From Alphaproteobacteria bacterium (GTDB taxonomy: Bacteria; Pseudomonadota; Alphaproteobacteria; UBA828): a DNA stretch of 64,000 nt. A program made the position numbers and the translations under genes. Positions within the stretch are counted from its first letter, which is position 1; every line of letters begins with the position of its first letter. Below are positions 20,877 to 30,459 of the stretch, piece by piece. The stretch is from NCBI GenBank assembly GCA_965220745.1, contig CBDCQT010000010.1:448001-512000 (forward strand), given 5' to 3'. Under the pieces are notes generated by a model. That model made no database searches and was not told where the DNA came from. It worked only from the letters and a program-made list of their open reading frames with translations.

Positions 20877-21809
20877 ATGTCGGAATCGAAGGGAATCGCC
20901 TATTGCCACGGACAGTACATGCCGATCGAGGAGGCATCGATACCCATCCTCGACCCGGCCTTCCACAAGAGCGACGTGGTGTTCGACGCGGTCACGGTGT
21001 GTGACGACGCGTTCTTCCGCCTCGACGATCACATGGACCGCTTCTACGCCTCGTGTGAGCACGTCCGGCTCACGCCGCCCATGTCCGATGCGCAGATCAG
21101 GAGCGTCATGGCGCAATGCGTCCACCGCGCGGGCCTCTCGGACTCGATTGTTTACGTGCTCTGCACGCGCGGACGCTACGCCGGCGGTGCCGCCTTTGGC
21201 GACCCGCGCACCGCCGAGAACGAGCTGATCGCCTACGCGGTGCCCTTCTACACCATCGTCGCCGAGCCGAAGATGAAGTCAGGCGCCCACCTCTGGATCG
21301 CCCAGACCCGCCGCGCGCCTGACGCTGCCATCAACCAAAAGTGCAAGAACTTCAACCGGATGGATCTCACAGCCGCTCATTTCGAGGCGCTCGACGCCGG
21401 CGCCGACCAGCCCGTTCTTCTCTCGACTGACGGCTATGTCACCGAAGGACCCGGCTTCAACGTCTGGATCATCCGGGACGGCAAGGCGCTCACCCCCGGC
21501 GACAACCTGCTGGAGGGGATCACCCGCAAGACCGTGTTCGATCTCTGCCAGGACATCGGCCTGGAAGCCGAGGCCACCGACCTCCGGCCCGAAGAGCTGG
21601 AGGACGCCGGCGAGGCCTTCATCTCGTCCTCAGCCGGCGGGGTCGTCCCGGTCGTCCGCGTCAACGACAAGCCCATCGGCAACGGCGCGCCGGGCATCAC
21701 CACCGGCCGCCTCACCGACCTCTATTGGGCCAAGCGCGCAGACGGCTGGCACTCGACGCCGGTGGCCGACCTGCTGGAGCCCGAAGAAGAGCAGGCCGCG
21801 AGCGCCTAG
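20877..21809 (+). CDS. PLP fold-IV aminotransferase (amine/D-amino acid/BCAT-like)
   Basis: FRLDDHMDRF, catalytic Lys in QKCKNFN, TEGPGFNV, LLEGITR, SSSAGGVVPV. Confidence 0.9.
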   Translation: MSESKGIAYCHGQYMPIEEASIPILDPAFHKSDVVFDAVTVCDDAFFRLDDHMDRFYASCEHVRLTPPMSDAQIRSVMAQCVHRAGLSDSIVYVLCTRGRYAGGAAFGDPRTAENELIAYAVPFYTIVAEPKMKSGAHLWIAQTRRAPDAAINQKCKNFNRMDLTAAHFEALDAGADQPVLLSTDGYVTEGPGFNVWIIRDGKALTPGDNLLEGITRKTVFDLCQDIGLEAEATDLRPEELEDAGEAFISSSAGGVVPVVRVNDKPIGNGAPGITTGRLTDLYWAKRADGWHSTPVADLLEPEEEQAASA

Positions 21810-22564
21810 GGACGGGCGCCGAGGCGCTCCAGCGAGGCCGGGGCGACGGAAAAAATTTCCCCCCAGCCGGAGATACGGCTCGGGTCGACGCCGGCAAGCG
21901 CGAGCGTCCCCCACAGCGCCGCCGCCACGCTGTCGTAGACGGGCCGGCCGCATTCCGCCTCCAGCGCCTGGGCGTGAGGCGCACCGTTGAGGTTCGTGCA
22001 GACCGCAGCGATCGCCTCGGGCTCCGCGCCCACCACCTCACGGATCATGCCCTCGGTCGTCGCAGGCGGGATGGACGCGTAGCCGAAGGTATCGTCGCTG
22101 TCGAGGTGACGCTCGGCCACACACTCGAAGCCCTCGCGCCGATAGGTGTCGACGATGGCCTCCTGCAGTGCGTCCTCGAACGGCGTGACCAGGGCGAAGC
22201 GCTTGACTCCCCGGCTGCGGAAAAGCTCGGCCAGCGCCAACGTCGCGCTGGTCGCCGGAATGCCGGTCTCCCGTGCGATCGCCTCGCAGAGCCGGCGGTC
22301 GAAGTCGGGGCCGAGCCAACTGCCGGCGGTGCCGTTCCAGCAGATTGCGTGGACGCGGGCGTCCGCCAGCATGCGCGCAGCGGCGAGCATGGGCTCGTCG
22401 GCGAACTGGGCCGCCGAGTCCTCGCCGAGCGAGATTTGGGACACCCGCACTCGGCTGAAATGCGCCGTCACATCGGGCAAATCCGCGAGCAGAGCGTAGG
22501 TCACGGGCTCCAGCACCGTGTTGAGCGACGGCGTGATCATGCCGAGGCGCGTGTGATTGCTCAT
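21806..22564 (-). CDS. Maleate isomerase/arylmalonate decarboxylase-like (Asp/Glu racemase fold) protein
   Basis: LGMITPSLNTVLE, HFSRVRV, WNGTAGSWLG, ALVTPF, VCTNL, PVYDS. Confidence 0.85.
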   Translation of the reverse strand: MSNHTRLGMITPSLNTVLEPVTYALLADLPDVTAHFSRVRVSQISLGEDSAAQFADEPMLAAARMLADARVHAICWNGTAGSWLGPDFDRRLCEAIARETGIPATSATLALAELFRSRGVKRFALVTPFEDALQEAIVDTYRREGFECVAERHLDSDDTFGYASIPPATTEGMIREVVGAEPEAIAAVCTNLNGAPHAQALEAECGRPVYDSVAAALWGTLALAGVDPSRISGWGEIFSVAPASLERLGARP

Positions 22565-22583
22565 GGACTTCTCCGTTCCGGCG

Positions 22584-24146
22584 CTACGGCGCGCCGACGC
22601 TGGCGTTGGGGGACATGACGTGGGCGGCGCCGGTCGCGGTGCCGCTCTCGGGATCCCAGACGACGGCATTGGGGCAGGCGTAGGCGGACGGATGCACGCC
22701 GTGCGGCCGTGCCGCGAGCGGGAACCGGGCCTCGAGCGAGGCCAGCGTCTCCGCCGATAACCGGGTATCCGCCTCGACCAAGTCGCTGCCGTCCACATTG
22801 ATGCGCGGGCAGTGCGCAGCGTCGTCCAGGCTCATACCGAAGTCCACGAGGAAGGAGAGCAGCTGCGCGACGGCGGGGAGGATGCGGCGCCCGCCGGAGG
22901 CGCCGAGCGCCGCACGCCTGCCGTCCGCGAACTCGACGATCGTCGGGCACATGTTGGAGAGCGGCCGCTTGCCGGGTGCGATGGAGTTGGGGCCGCCGGG
23001 CCGGGGGTCGAACCACATGATCCCGTTGTTCATCAGGATCCCGGTCTCAGGCAGCATCACCTTAGCGCCGAAGGGGGACAGCAGGGTCTGGGTCAGCGCA
23101 ACCACGGTGCCGTCGCGATCAGCCGCGCCGAGATGGCTGGTGCAGGACGCGCGGTCGGCATCGGTGCCCGCGCCCATGCCCCGAAGCCGCTCAGCGTACG
23201 CCGCCTGCAGGGCCTCGGCGTAAGCCACGTAGGCCGCGCTGTCGGGCGCCTCGCCCGAAGCCAGAGAGGCCGCAAGACGGTCAAGCACGTCCACCAGCGT
23301 CGGCCCTGCGGTCAGACCGGGCGCGGTCCCGATCCGAGCATCGCGGTAGCTGGTCTCGGGCGCCTCCTCAATGGTGGCCTCGTAGTTCGCGAGATCAGCG
23401 GCGGAGAGACGCCCGCCGAGCGCCGCCATGTCGGCACTGATGGCCTGCGCGATCTCGCCCGTGTAGAAGTCCCGAGGCCCGGCCTCGGCGAGCCGGCGCA
23501 GGGTCTCCGCAAGCCGGCCCAACCGGACACGGGGCGCATCCCCGGTCCAGGGCGTGGTCAGCGGGAATCCGTCCGCCAGATACGTGGCGGCGCAGCCGGT
23601 GTCCTGCGCAAGCTCCGGCGCCGACGCTGCGATCGCGACGGTGGCGTGCCAGTCCACTTCCATGCCCCGCTCCGCCAGCGCGCACGCGGGCGCCACCAGG
23701 TCGGCCCAGCTGCGAGTGCCGAAACGCTCGTGAGCACGCGCAAGGCCCGCGACCTGCCCCGGCACCGCGACCGCGAACGGGCCGCGCAGATTGCGGTCCT
23801 CAAACACCGCCGGCCAACCGAACAGATCCGCGCCGGACTCACCCGTGAGCGGGTAGTCCGCCGGGTCCAGCGCGCCCGGCGCCACCATTCCGAAGGAGAC
23901 GGCGTGCGTCCGGGCCTCACCTGCGGGGCGGACCAGCATGTACCCGCCGCCGCCGAGCCCGCTCATCCAAGGCTCGACCGTTGCCAGCGCGAGGCTCGCG
24001 GCGATGGCGGCGTCGACCGCATTGCCGCCGTCGGCCAGCACGCGCGCGCCGACCTCCGATGCGGCCTGGTGCTGGGTCGCGACCACGCCGCCCAGGCTCG
24101 CCACCGCAGGCTTGCGCACGAGCCAGCGTTCGGGCTGCTCCGTCAC
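22584..24146 (-). CDS. Gamma-glutamyltransferase family protein
   Basis: GGNAVDAAIA, EPWMSGLGGGG, VAVPG, Thr nucleophile in CTSHL, TGILMNNG, PGKRPLSNM, GASGG; GTG start with GGAG RBS; no signal peptide seen. Confidence 0.92.
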   Translation of the reverse strand: MTEQPERWLVRKPAVASLGGVVATQHQAASEVGARVLADGGNAVDAAIAASLALATVEPWMSGLGGGGYMLVRPAGEARTHAVSFGMVAPGALDPADYPLTGESGADLFGWPAVFEDRNLRGPFAVAVPGQVAGLARAHERFGTRSWADLVAPACALAERGMEVDWHATVAIAASAPELAQDTGCAATYLADGFPLTTPWTGDAPRVRLGRLAETLRRLAEAGPRDFYTGEIAQAISADMAALGGRLSAADLANYEATIEEAPETSYRDARIGTAPGLTAGPTLVDVLDRLAASLASGEAPDSAAYVAYAEALQAAYAERLRGMGAGTDADRASCTSHLGAADRDGTVVALTQTLLSPFGAKVMLPETGILMNNGIMWFDPRPGGPNSIAPGKRPLSNMCPTIVEFADGRRAALGASGGRRILPAVAQLLSFLVDFGMSLDDAAHCPRINVDGSDLVEADTRLSAETLASLEARFPLAARPHGVHPSAYACPNAVVWDPESGTATGAAHVMSPNASVGAP

Positions 24147-24192
24147 CGCCGTATCTCCCGACTGCTGCAAGGTCGGCCGGGTACTGCTGCCG

Positions 24193-25758
24193 TTACACGC
24201 TCTGCCAATCCGCGCTCTTCTCCACCGCGTCCGCAACCTTGAGCACCGTGAGGTCGTCGAAGTGGCGGCCGACGATCTGGAATCCGATGGGCAGGTCGTC
24301 GCTCACGCCGCAGGGCACGCTGATCGCGGGATGGCCGGTCAGGTTGAACTGCGGCGTGTTGTTGATCATGCCGAGCGCGCGCGACATGTACTCCCCGAAG
24401 TCGGCATCCAGGCTCGGGATCGGCGCGGCCAGGTGCGGAATGGTCGGCAGCACCAGCACGTCCACGTCGGCGAGCGCCTTGTCATAGGCTGCGGTCAGCC
24501 GCCCCCGTTGGTTCTGCGCCTTCGCGTAGTAGGTGCCGTGGTAGTAGCGCTTGAGGTACCCGCCCAGCAGCAGCACGTTCTTCACGGTGTGCGGATAGTC
24601 GTTCTGGCGCGTCTTTGCGGCCCGCGACGCATGCTCCAGGAACTGCGTGTCGTAATAGCCGAACCAGCCGGTGCCGACCCCTGCGTTCTTCAGCATGAAC
24701 TCGGTTGCGCCCTCGGCCGCGATCGCGAACCAGAGCCTGAGCCCGTGGTAGTGCTCGGGCACCGAGACCTCGGTGACCTGGGCGCCCCGCTCCTCCAGCC
24801 GGCGCACCGTGGCGCGGACCGCATCGTCCACCGCCGGCACGCTCCCCGGCAGGCCGAACTCGGGCCAGGTCTCTTCGGTCTGGCCGAAGCCCTCGGTGAG
24901 CACGCCGACGCGGATGCCCTCGCAGCCTGCGCCGATCGCCGGCATGTAGTCCTGCACGTAGTCCGCCGGGATCACGCCCCGCTGGCGCGGATCGAGCGGG
25001 TCGGGCCCGGCGAGGACCGAGAGCATGCGGGCGCAGTTCTCCACGGTGTTCGTCATCGGGCCGATATGATCGAGGGTCATCTCGATCGCGAGGCACCCGG
25101 TATAAGGGATGAGGCCGTAGCTCGCCTTGAGGCCGACCACGCCGCACCAGGACGCGGGGATGCGGATCGAGCCGCCCTGATCGCCGCCGATCGCCATGGC
25201 CACGTCGCCCGCGGCCACCGCCGCGGCACTCCCCTTGGACGAACCGCCGGGCGCATGGGTGGGCTTGCGCGGATTGCGCACGGGCCCGTAGCCGCTGGTG
25301 TGGCCGCCGCCCGAGAAGGAGAAGTCGGCGCAGGCCGTCTTGCCGACGATGGTGGCGCCTGCGTCGAGCATGCGGGTCACGATGGTGGCGTCGATGGTGG
25401 GCACGTAGCCTTCGAGGGCGCGCGAGCCGTTCATCATCGGGACGCCGGCGAGCGAGACCACGTCCTTGACGCCGATCTCCTCGCCCGCGAGCGGCCCTGA
25501 GTCCGCGCCCTTGACGTCGGCCCGCCAATACCAGGCGTTGTAGGGGTTCTCGTCCGGGTGCGGTCGGTAGCCGGAGGTGCGCGGATAGGCGACGGCTGGC
25601 CGCTCCTCCGGCATGTCGTCGATATGGCGCAGGCTCGCGATGGCGCCCCGCATGGCCTCCCGCTGGTTCGTCACGTCCTCCAGCGTCATGTCGAGCATGA
25701 AATCCTGGGCGACGGCGGCGAGCTGATTGACGGAGGGAAGTTCCGGACCGCGGGACAT
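24193..25758 (-). CDS. Amidase signature family enzyme
   Basis: GVKD, GGSSKGS, GGDQGGSIRIPASWCG (Ser-cisSer-Lys triad), FNLTGHPAISVP. Confidence 0.93.
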   Translation of the reverse strand: MSRGPELPSVNQLAAVAQDFMLDMTLEDVTNQREAMRGAIASLRHIDDMPEERPAVAYPRTSGYRPHPDENPYNAWYWRADVKGADSGPLAGEEIGVKDVVSLAGVPMMNGSRALEGYVPTIDATIVTRMLDAGATIVGKTACADFSFSGGGHTSGYGPVRNPRKPTHAPGGSSKGSAAAVAAGDVAMAIGGDQGGSIRIPASWCGVVGLKASYGLIPYTGCLAIEMTLDHIGPMTNTVENCARMLSVLAGPDPLDPRQRGVIPADYVQDYMPAIGAGCEGIRVGVLTEGFGQTEETWPEFGLPGSVPAVDDAVRATVRRLEERGAQVTEVSVPEHYHGLRLWFAIAAEGATEFMLKNAGVGTGWFGYYDTQFLEHASRAAKTRQNDYPHTVKNVLLLGGYLKRYYHGTYYAKAQNQRGRLTAAYDKALADVDVLVLPTIPHLAAPIPSLDADFGEYMSRALGMINNTPQFNLTGHPAISVPCGVSDDLPIGFQIVGRHFDDLTVLKVADAVEKSADWQSV

Positions 25759-25925
25759 GGGGGCCTCGTTCGTGTCTGTGGGATGAGTGCGGTCGATCCT
25801 AGGCCGGCCAACCATCGGCGACAACGACGCGCGCGGTGCCGGTCCCCGTGGCCGGGGGCCAAGGCCGCGGCTACCATGGCGAAGGAACCATGCGGACAAA
25901 CCTTTCGAATCGGGGCTGAGGGGCG

Positions 25926-26501
25926 GTGAGTGCCGCGCCGCGGGCCGAGCGCCAGCGCGATCACTTCGTCGGCTGGCAGTGCCGCATACGCGCCGATGCC
26001 ATGCGCCGCCGCGACGGTCAGCCGTCGCCGGGGATACGGCCACAGGTGCTGAGCGCGGCAGGCGAAGAGCTTGCGCCGGCGGTGATCACGCTGCTCGTGC
26101 GGCGGGAGGCGGAGTCCTTCGCGCCCGAGTTCCGCCACCTGGCGCGGCGCACTCACGACCCGCGCGATCGGCGCGACGCCGCACTGGCCCTGCTGGCCGA
26201 GCGCTACTACCAACACGCGCGGGACTTCAGCGATGTGTTGACGGCGACCTTCGCGCCCGCTTCACCGCTTGCCGCCAACCTTGAGCGTGCTGGGCGCTGC
26301 GTCCTGGCCTTCGCCCAGGACAGCCAGCGCTACACGCTGCCCTGCACCGTCCAGAGGCTCGGGCGCGACGACCCGCGCCGCGACGAGACCTGGTGGCACA
26401 ACGCGCTGTTCAACCCGCAGCTCCCGCCCGACATTCCCATCCTCGCCTTCGCCCCCCGCTGGCTGGAGGCAATCGCCGATCCCGACCCGGACAGACGGTA
26501 G
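25926..26501 (+). CDS. Hypothetical protein
   Basis: GTG start after an SD-like GAGGGG, host-like codon usage, aromatic motifs WQCRIR and TWWHNALFNP; function not recognisable. Confidence 0.65.
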   Translation: MSAAPRAERQRDHFVGWQCRIRADAMRRRDGQPSPGIRPQVLSAAGEELAPAVITLLVRREAESFAPEFRHLARRTHDPRDRRDAALALLAERYYQHARDFSDVLTATFAPASPLAANLERAGRCVLAFAQDSQRYTLPCTVQRLGRDDPRRDETWWHNALFNPQLPPDIPILAFAPRWLEAIADPDPDRR

Positions 26502-26505
26502 CACC

Positions 26506-26583
26506 CTAAAACTTCCGATACGCCCCGTTGAGGTCGGCCATCGGGCGACGGGGCGACATCTGGAACACCGCCGGAAGCTCGCG
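26506..26583 (-). repeat. Orphan 3'-end copy (25 codons plus stop) of the gene at 36877-37269
   Basis: 78 nt aligns ungapped to 36877-36954 with 13 mismatches; encodes RELPAVFQMSPRRPMADLNGAYRKF* versus RELLVKFQMSPRHPMSDLNGAYRKF*. Confidence 0.9.
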
Positions 26584-26737
26584 TTCAAACCCGCAGAAGG
26601 ACCGTGTGAGGTTCCAAAACCCGCGCGGGTTTTGCCGAGAGGCGCACGTTATCACTTTCACATGCAGGTTCAGCAGGCTTGCATACCATTGTTGATGCAA
26701 ACTATGCCCTTTTTGTCGAAATCGTGATTTAGAAAAC

Positions 26738-26791
26738 TTGATTTCGGCAAGAACACGCCGTACGACTTGGCTCCTCATTGAGTCGTTTTCG
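26738..26791 (+). promoter_or_regulatory. Putative promoter and overlapping palindrome upstream of autotransporter 1
   Basis: TTGATT-N17-TACGAC overlapped by ACGACT-N13-AGTCGT; 38 nt (26754-26791) identical to 29651-29688. Confidence 0.5.
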
Positions 26792-26831
26792 ACTTTAGGT
26801 TTCCCGCCTTTCCCCAGCAGGAGCCCTCGCA

Positions 26832-29426
26832 ATGAGCACAGCGACATGGAAAACCAGGATTTCCTTAACTCTCGTGGCTGGCCTGTTCGCGCTGGCCGGC
26901 GTCTTATCCAACGGGCTCCCCGCCTCGGCGCAGACGCAGGAGGATTGTCCACTCCCTGCCGGCGTGACTGCTCCTGCGGACCCGACTGTGACGGCGCAAC
27001 AGGTAACAAACGGCAGCGCTACTTTGATGGACTTCGCGCTCGCCGTGAGAGAGCGGTCCAGAGAGCATTCCCAACAGGCCACGGCCGTCGAAGAGGGGCT
27101 CTATATCGGATGTGCAATTAGGCAGGACGATGGGATCTGGCGTTCCGGCAATACCTACATTGTCACCCTGACGCTCGACGGTCGCGTGTTCGTTCACGCG
27201 AAGGACATGTCGTTGTCGGGCCGACTGCTCAACCGGCTGATTTATGCAGAAATCCTCTCTGCGCTAGGCGTCCCCCCGACCGATCTGGCCAACTTGGGTT
27301 CTCCCGATCCTGTTACGGCCGGCCTCGCTTTCCAAGCCATCTTGGCCAGGCTTTCTCAAGAACCGGATGCTCCGTTCGATGCGACCACCCCTATTCCGGG
27401 CGTGAGTCCAGGCATACCCGGCGCTTCCGGCTACGCCGCCGTCTATAATTCACCGGAATTGGGGTCTCCAATCGTGCTGCTTGCGGGATTCGATATCAAC
27501 GCATCTCACTTGATTGATGAAGCAATCGTTCACGAAAATCCGACCGTTACCGCCAGGGACGTGGTGGACCGCGAAACTCTGAAGGCCTTCGTCACGGCAG
27601 CGGGAAATTACTTTCTTGAGATCCTGAGAACTGGCAATCCAACCGCTGCCGCGAAAGCCAAGATCGCCTTGCGAGATCCGAACGGCCCCTGGCGGCACGG
27701 TTCCGTCTACCTCTACGTGGTGGACCGTACCAGCAACATAATCTCGTTCCACGGCGCGTTTCCGGAGAGATTCGAGCTTCAACGACCAGGGTTCGCCCGA
27801 GACGTCGTTACCGGTGAGCTCATCCTGGATCAGATCCTCGATGCGGCAGGTAGTGGCCCGGACGGTGGCTTCTGGCAGTACCACTTCGATGATCCCAGCG
27901 ACGACACGGACAGCGCCGACATCCCCAAGACAGGCTATGCCCGCGAATTCGCCGGCCAAATCCTGGGGCAGGACGGAAGCGTAATCCGAGAAGTGGACCT
28001 CATCGTAGGCTCGGGTCTTTACGGGACTGCACCCGAGGCGGTTGCCGAGGGCGGCAACGCGGTCATCGAGTCCGTGCTGCCGCAGGTGATGCGGGCCGTG
28101 GCGGCGAGCACCGTCAATGCCGTCTCGGGTCGCATCGAGCAGGCAATCTCCGGCATGTCGCAAGCCGCGGAGTTCAGCTTCGGCGGTGCCTCCACTCTCT
28201 CAGATGTCATCCTGGCGAACGGGCAAGCACTGGAGGACGGCACCTTCGACCTCAGCCGGCTGCTGGCGAACTCCGCCTTCACCCTGCCGCTCAATGCGGC
28301 GGATAACGGGAACGGCGGCCTGTTCGGAAACATGGCGCTCTGGGGAAGCGGCGACTATCGCAGCATCTCCGGCGGCAGCCCGCAGTCCGTCGGCTACGAC
28401 GGCAGCGTGATCAGCGCCAACCTCGGGGTTGACACAAGGCTGGGCGAGGACCTGCTGGCGGGAATGTCGCTGGGCCAGACGCGCGGCACCGTGGATTACA
28501 CGGACCCCAACGCGCAGACCGGCGAGTTCACGACCTCCGTGACCAGCGTCAACCCCTACGTGGGCTGGCAGATGCCGGGGGGCATGAACCTGTGGGCCAT
28601 GGCCGGCTTTGGCTCGGGCGAGATCGAGCTCGAAGACTCGGTGGGCACGCAGTCGAGCGACCTGACGCAGCGGATGGTGGCGGCGGGCGTGAGCGGGACG
28701 CTGATGTCCAGCGATGAGATGTTCGAGGGCGGCACTACAAACCTTCGGCTCAAGGGAGAGGCAGCCTTCACCTCGACCGATGTCGACGGCTCCGGGACCC
28801 TCGAGAGCACGTCGTTGAGTGCCAGCCGGCAGCGTCTGATGCTGGAAGGGGCGCACGTCCAGAAGCTCGCCTCGGGGTCGACATTCACGCCCTCGCTTGA
28901 GCTCGGCGTGCGCAACGACGGCGGGGACGGCGAGACCGGCACCAGCATCGAGGCCGGGGGCGCCTTGCGCTATGCCGACGAGGCGTCGGGGCTGACCGTC
29001 GAGGGCCGTGTCCGGACCCTGCTCAGCCACAGCGGCGACTACGAGGAGACAGGCGTGAGCGGTCTGGTGCGTCTTGCACCGGGCGGGTCGGGCCAGGGGC
29101 TCGCTCTCGTGGTGCAGCCGGCGTGGGGCCAGACGGGCAGCGGTGTAAACCAGTTGTGGGAGAATGGCGTCACTGCCGGAGTGTCACCGGACAGCCAGGC
29201 GCGCCTGCACACGGAGGTCGGCTACGGTCTCGGCGTGACGCCCGGCATGGGCGTGGTGACGCCCTATGCGGGGCTCGGGCTCGCGGGCGAAGGTGCGCAG
29301 TGGTGGCGCATGGGTGCGCGCTGGCGGCTTGCGCCAGCGGCGAGTGTGAGCGTCGAGGGCAGCCTGTACGAGGCCGCCAACGATGACGGACACGGGCTGA
29401 TGCTGCGCGGCGCCTTGCGCTGGTAA
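26832..29426 (+). CDS. Autotransporter with tandem Cache-like passenger domains (intact copy 1, 864 aa)
   Basis: Sec signal (..PASA/Q); sCache_2-like motifs YLYVVD..FHG, GGFWQYHFDDP, PKTGYA, LIVGSGLY; amphipathic beta-barrel ending LRGALRW. Confidence 0.8.
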   Translation: MSTATWKTRISLTLVAGLFALAGVLSNGLPASAQTQEDCPLPAGVTAPADPTVTAQQVTNGSATLMDFALAVRERSREHSQQATAVEEGLYIGCAIRQDDGIWRSGNTYIVTLTLDGRVFVHAKDMSLSGRLLNRLIYAEILSALGVPPTDLANLGSPDPVTAGLAFQAILARLSQEPDAPFDATTPIPGVSPGIPGASGYAAVYNSPELGSPIVLLAGFDINASHLIDEAIVHENPTVTARDVVDRETLKAFVTAAGNYFLEILRTGNPTAAAKAKIALRDPNGPWRHGSVYLYVVDRTSNIISFHGAFPERFELQRPGFARDVVTGELILDQILDAAGSGPDGGFWQYHFDDPSDDTDSADIPKTGYAREFAGQILGQDGSVIREVDLIVGSGLYGTAPEAVAEGGNAVIESVLPQVMRAVAASTVNAVSGRIEQAISGMSQAAEFSFGGASTLSDVILANGQALEDGTFDLSRLLANSAFTLPLNAADNGNGGLFGNMALWGSGDYRSISGGSPQSVGYDGSVISANLGVDTRLGEDLLAGMSLGQTRGTVDYTDPNAQTGEFTTSVTSVNPYVGWQMPGGMNLWAMAGFGSGEIELEDSVGTQSSDLTQRMVAAGVSGTLMSSDEMFEGGTTNLRLKGEAAFTSTDVDGSGTLESTSLSASRQRLMLEGAHVQKLASGSTFTPSLELGVRNDGGDGETGTSIEAGGALRYADEASGLTVEGRVRTLLSHSGDYEETGVSGLVRLAPGGSGQGLALVVQPAWGQTGSGVNQLWENGVTAGVSPDSQARLHTEVGYGLGVTPGMGVVTPYAGLGLAGEGAQWWRMGARWRLAPAASVSVEGSLYEAANDDGHGLMLRGALRW

Positions 29427-29433
29427 CGCATCA

Positions 29434-29472
29434 GGGTCGTAACCCGCGTCGCACAGGGTACGGGTTACGCCC
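29434..29472 (+). terminator. Stem-loop downstream of autotransporter 1
   Basis: CGTAACCCG (29438-29446) pairs with CGGGTTACG (29461-29469); no clear U-tract. Confidence 0.45.
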
Positions 29473-29634
29473 GTGGCAAGCCAGCCCACAGAAGGGCCGT
29501 GAGAGAGTCCGAAACTCTCACTATCTTGGCCAAAGAACACACGTTATTGATATACATATGCAGCAAAAGTAACCCTCCATGTAACTTTTTGATGCGCGTT
29601 GTACCTTGCTTGCCCAATTCATGTCTTTTGCAAC

Positions 29635-29688
29635 TTGATTTTGGCAAAGCCACGCCGTACGACTTGGCTCCTCATTGAGTCGTTTTCG
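29635..29688 (+). promoter_or_regulatory. Duplicated putative promoter and palindrome upstream of autotransporter 2
   Basis: Same TTGATT-N17-TACGAC and ACGACT-N13-AGTCGT as copy 1. Confidence 0.5.
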
Positions 29689-29729
29689 GCTTTGGCTATC
29701 CCGCCTGCTGCCAGCACGAGGACCTCACG

Positions 29730-29999
29730 ATGAATACCGCGACATGGAAAACTAGGATTTCCCTAATTCTCGTGGCTGGCCTGTTCGCGCTGGCCGGCGT
29801 CTTATCCAACGGGCTCCCCGCCTCGGCGCAGGACGCTTGTCCACTCCCTGCCGGCGTGACTAAACCCGCCGACCCGCGAGTGACGGCGCAGCAGGTGGAG
29901 AACGGCACTGGCAGCCTGATGGACTTCGCGCTCAGCTCGCGCGATCGCTTCCGAGAGCAAGCCGTGCAGGCCACAACTCCGGGACAAACTCAATATTTC
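29730..29999 (+). pseudogene. Cache-autotransporter copy 2, 5' fragment (90 codons, signal peptide) cut by IS insertion
   Basis: MNTATWKTRISLILVAGLFALAGVLSNGLPASAQ is nearly identical to copy 1; homology stops at ...QYF at the IS end. Confidence 0.92.
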
Positions 30000-30012
30000 G
30001 GGTTTTATATAC

Positions 30013-30041
30013 TTGCCTAATCATTTCGTGTGCTGCATACT
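30013..30041 (+). promoter_or_regulatory. Inward sigma70-like promoter with -35 inside the left TIR
   Basis: TTGCCT-N17-CATACT, followed by AGGGAG and ATG 30067. Confidence 0.55.
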
Positions 30042-30066
30042 CTGGCTTCCTCCTAGGGAGCCGATC

Positions 30067-30315
30067 ATGGCCGACGATTTCAACGTGGTGACAAACCTCC
30101 GGATCGGGTTCTCGCGGGTCTACATGGACGACAAAGAACCCGTCATGAGCATTCGAATGGACCTGCGGGCCCATCACTCTTCCAGCCCCGGAGGCGCTTC
30201 CGCCCTTGCCGAAGCATCTCTACATCTTCCTGTGTCATTAGCCGAACGGCTCGGCCATCGTCTTCTGGAAGCTGTTCCTGAGGCCCACCGGAGGGCCGCG
30301 CAGAAGGATCACTGA
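30067..30315 (+). CDS. IS passenger, small hypothetical protein (82 aa)
   Basis: AGGGAG RBS before ATG; downstream of the TIR-embedded promoter motif. Confidence 0.6.
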   Translation: MADDFNVVTNLRIGFSRVYMDDKEPVMSIRMDLRAHHSSSPGGASALAEASLHLPVSLAERLGHRLLEAVPEAHRRAAQKDH

Positions 30316-30397
30316 CAGGACGAAACAGCACCTGAGCGATCTCCTCCGGACTCGCATCAACCGGAGGCAACGCAACACTCCTTGTCCGCCGGGCCAT
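30143..30397 (-). CDS. IS passenger, small hypothetical ORF (MARRTRSVALPPVDASPEEIAQVLFR...)
   Basis: GGAGG RBS and perfect promoter consensus upstream; overlaps 30067-30315 in antisense. Confidence 0.45.
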   Translation of the reverse strand: MARRTRSVALPPVDASPEEIAQVLFRPVSDPSARPSGGPQEQLPEDDGRAVRLMTQEDVEMLRQGRKRLRGWKSDGPAGPFECS

Positions 30398-30430
30398 CAG
30401 AGCCTCCCAAGCCCTTGTTGTTCAGGCGTA

Positions 30431-30459
30431 ATTATAGCCATGTCAACTCTATTTGTCAA
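30431..30459 (-). promoter_or_regulatory. Perfect-consensus sigma70 promoter inside the IS
   Basis: Minus strand reads TTGACA-aatagagttgacatggc (17 nt)-TATAAT. Confidence 0.8.

Noticed and set aside
26506-27009. 167-aa minus-strand ORF ending ...DLNGAYRKF
   Set aside because: Only the last 25 codons are homologous to a real gene; the rest is antisense to the autotransporter and its promoter.
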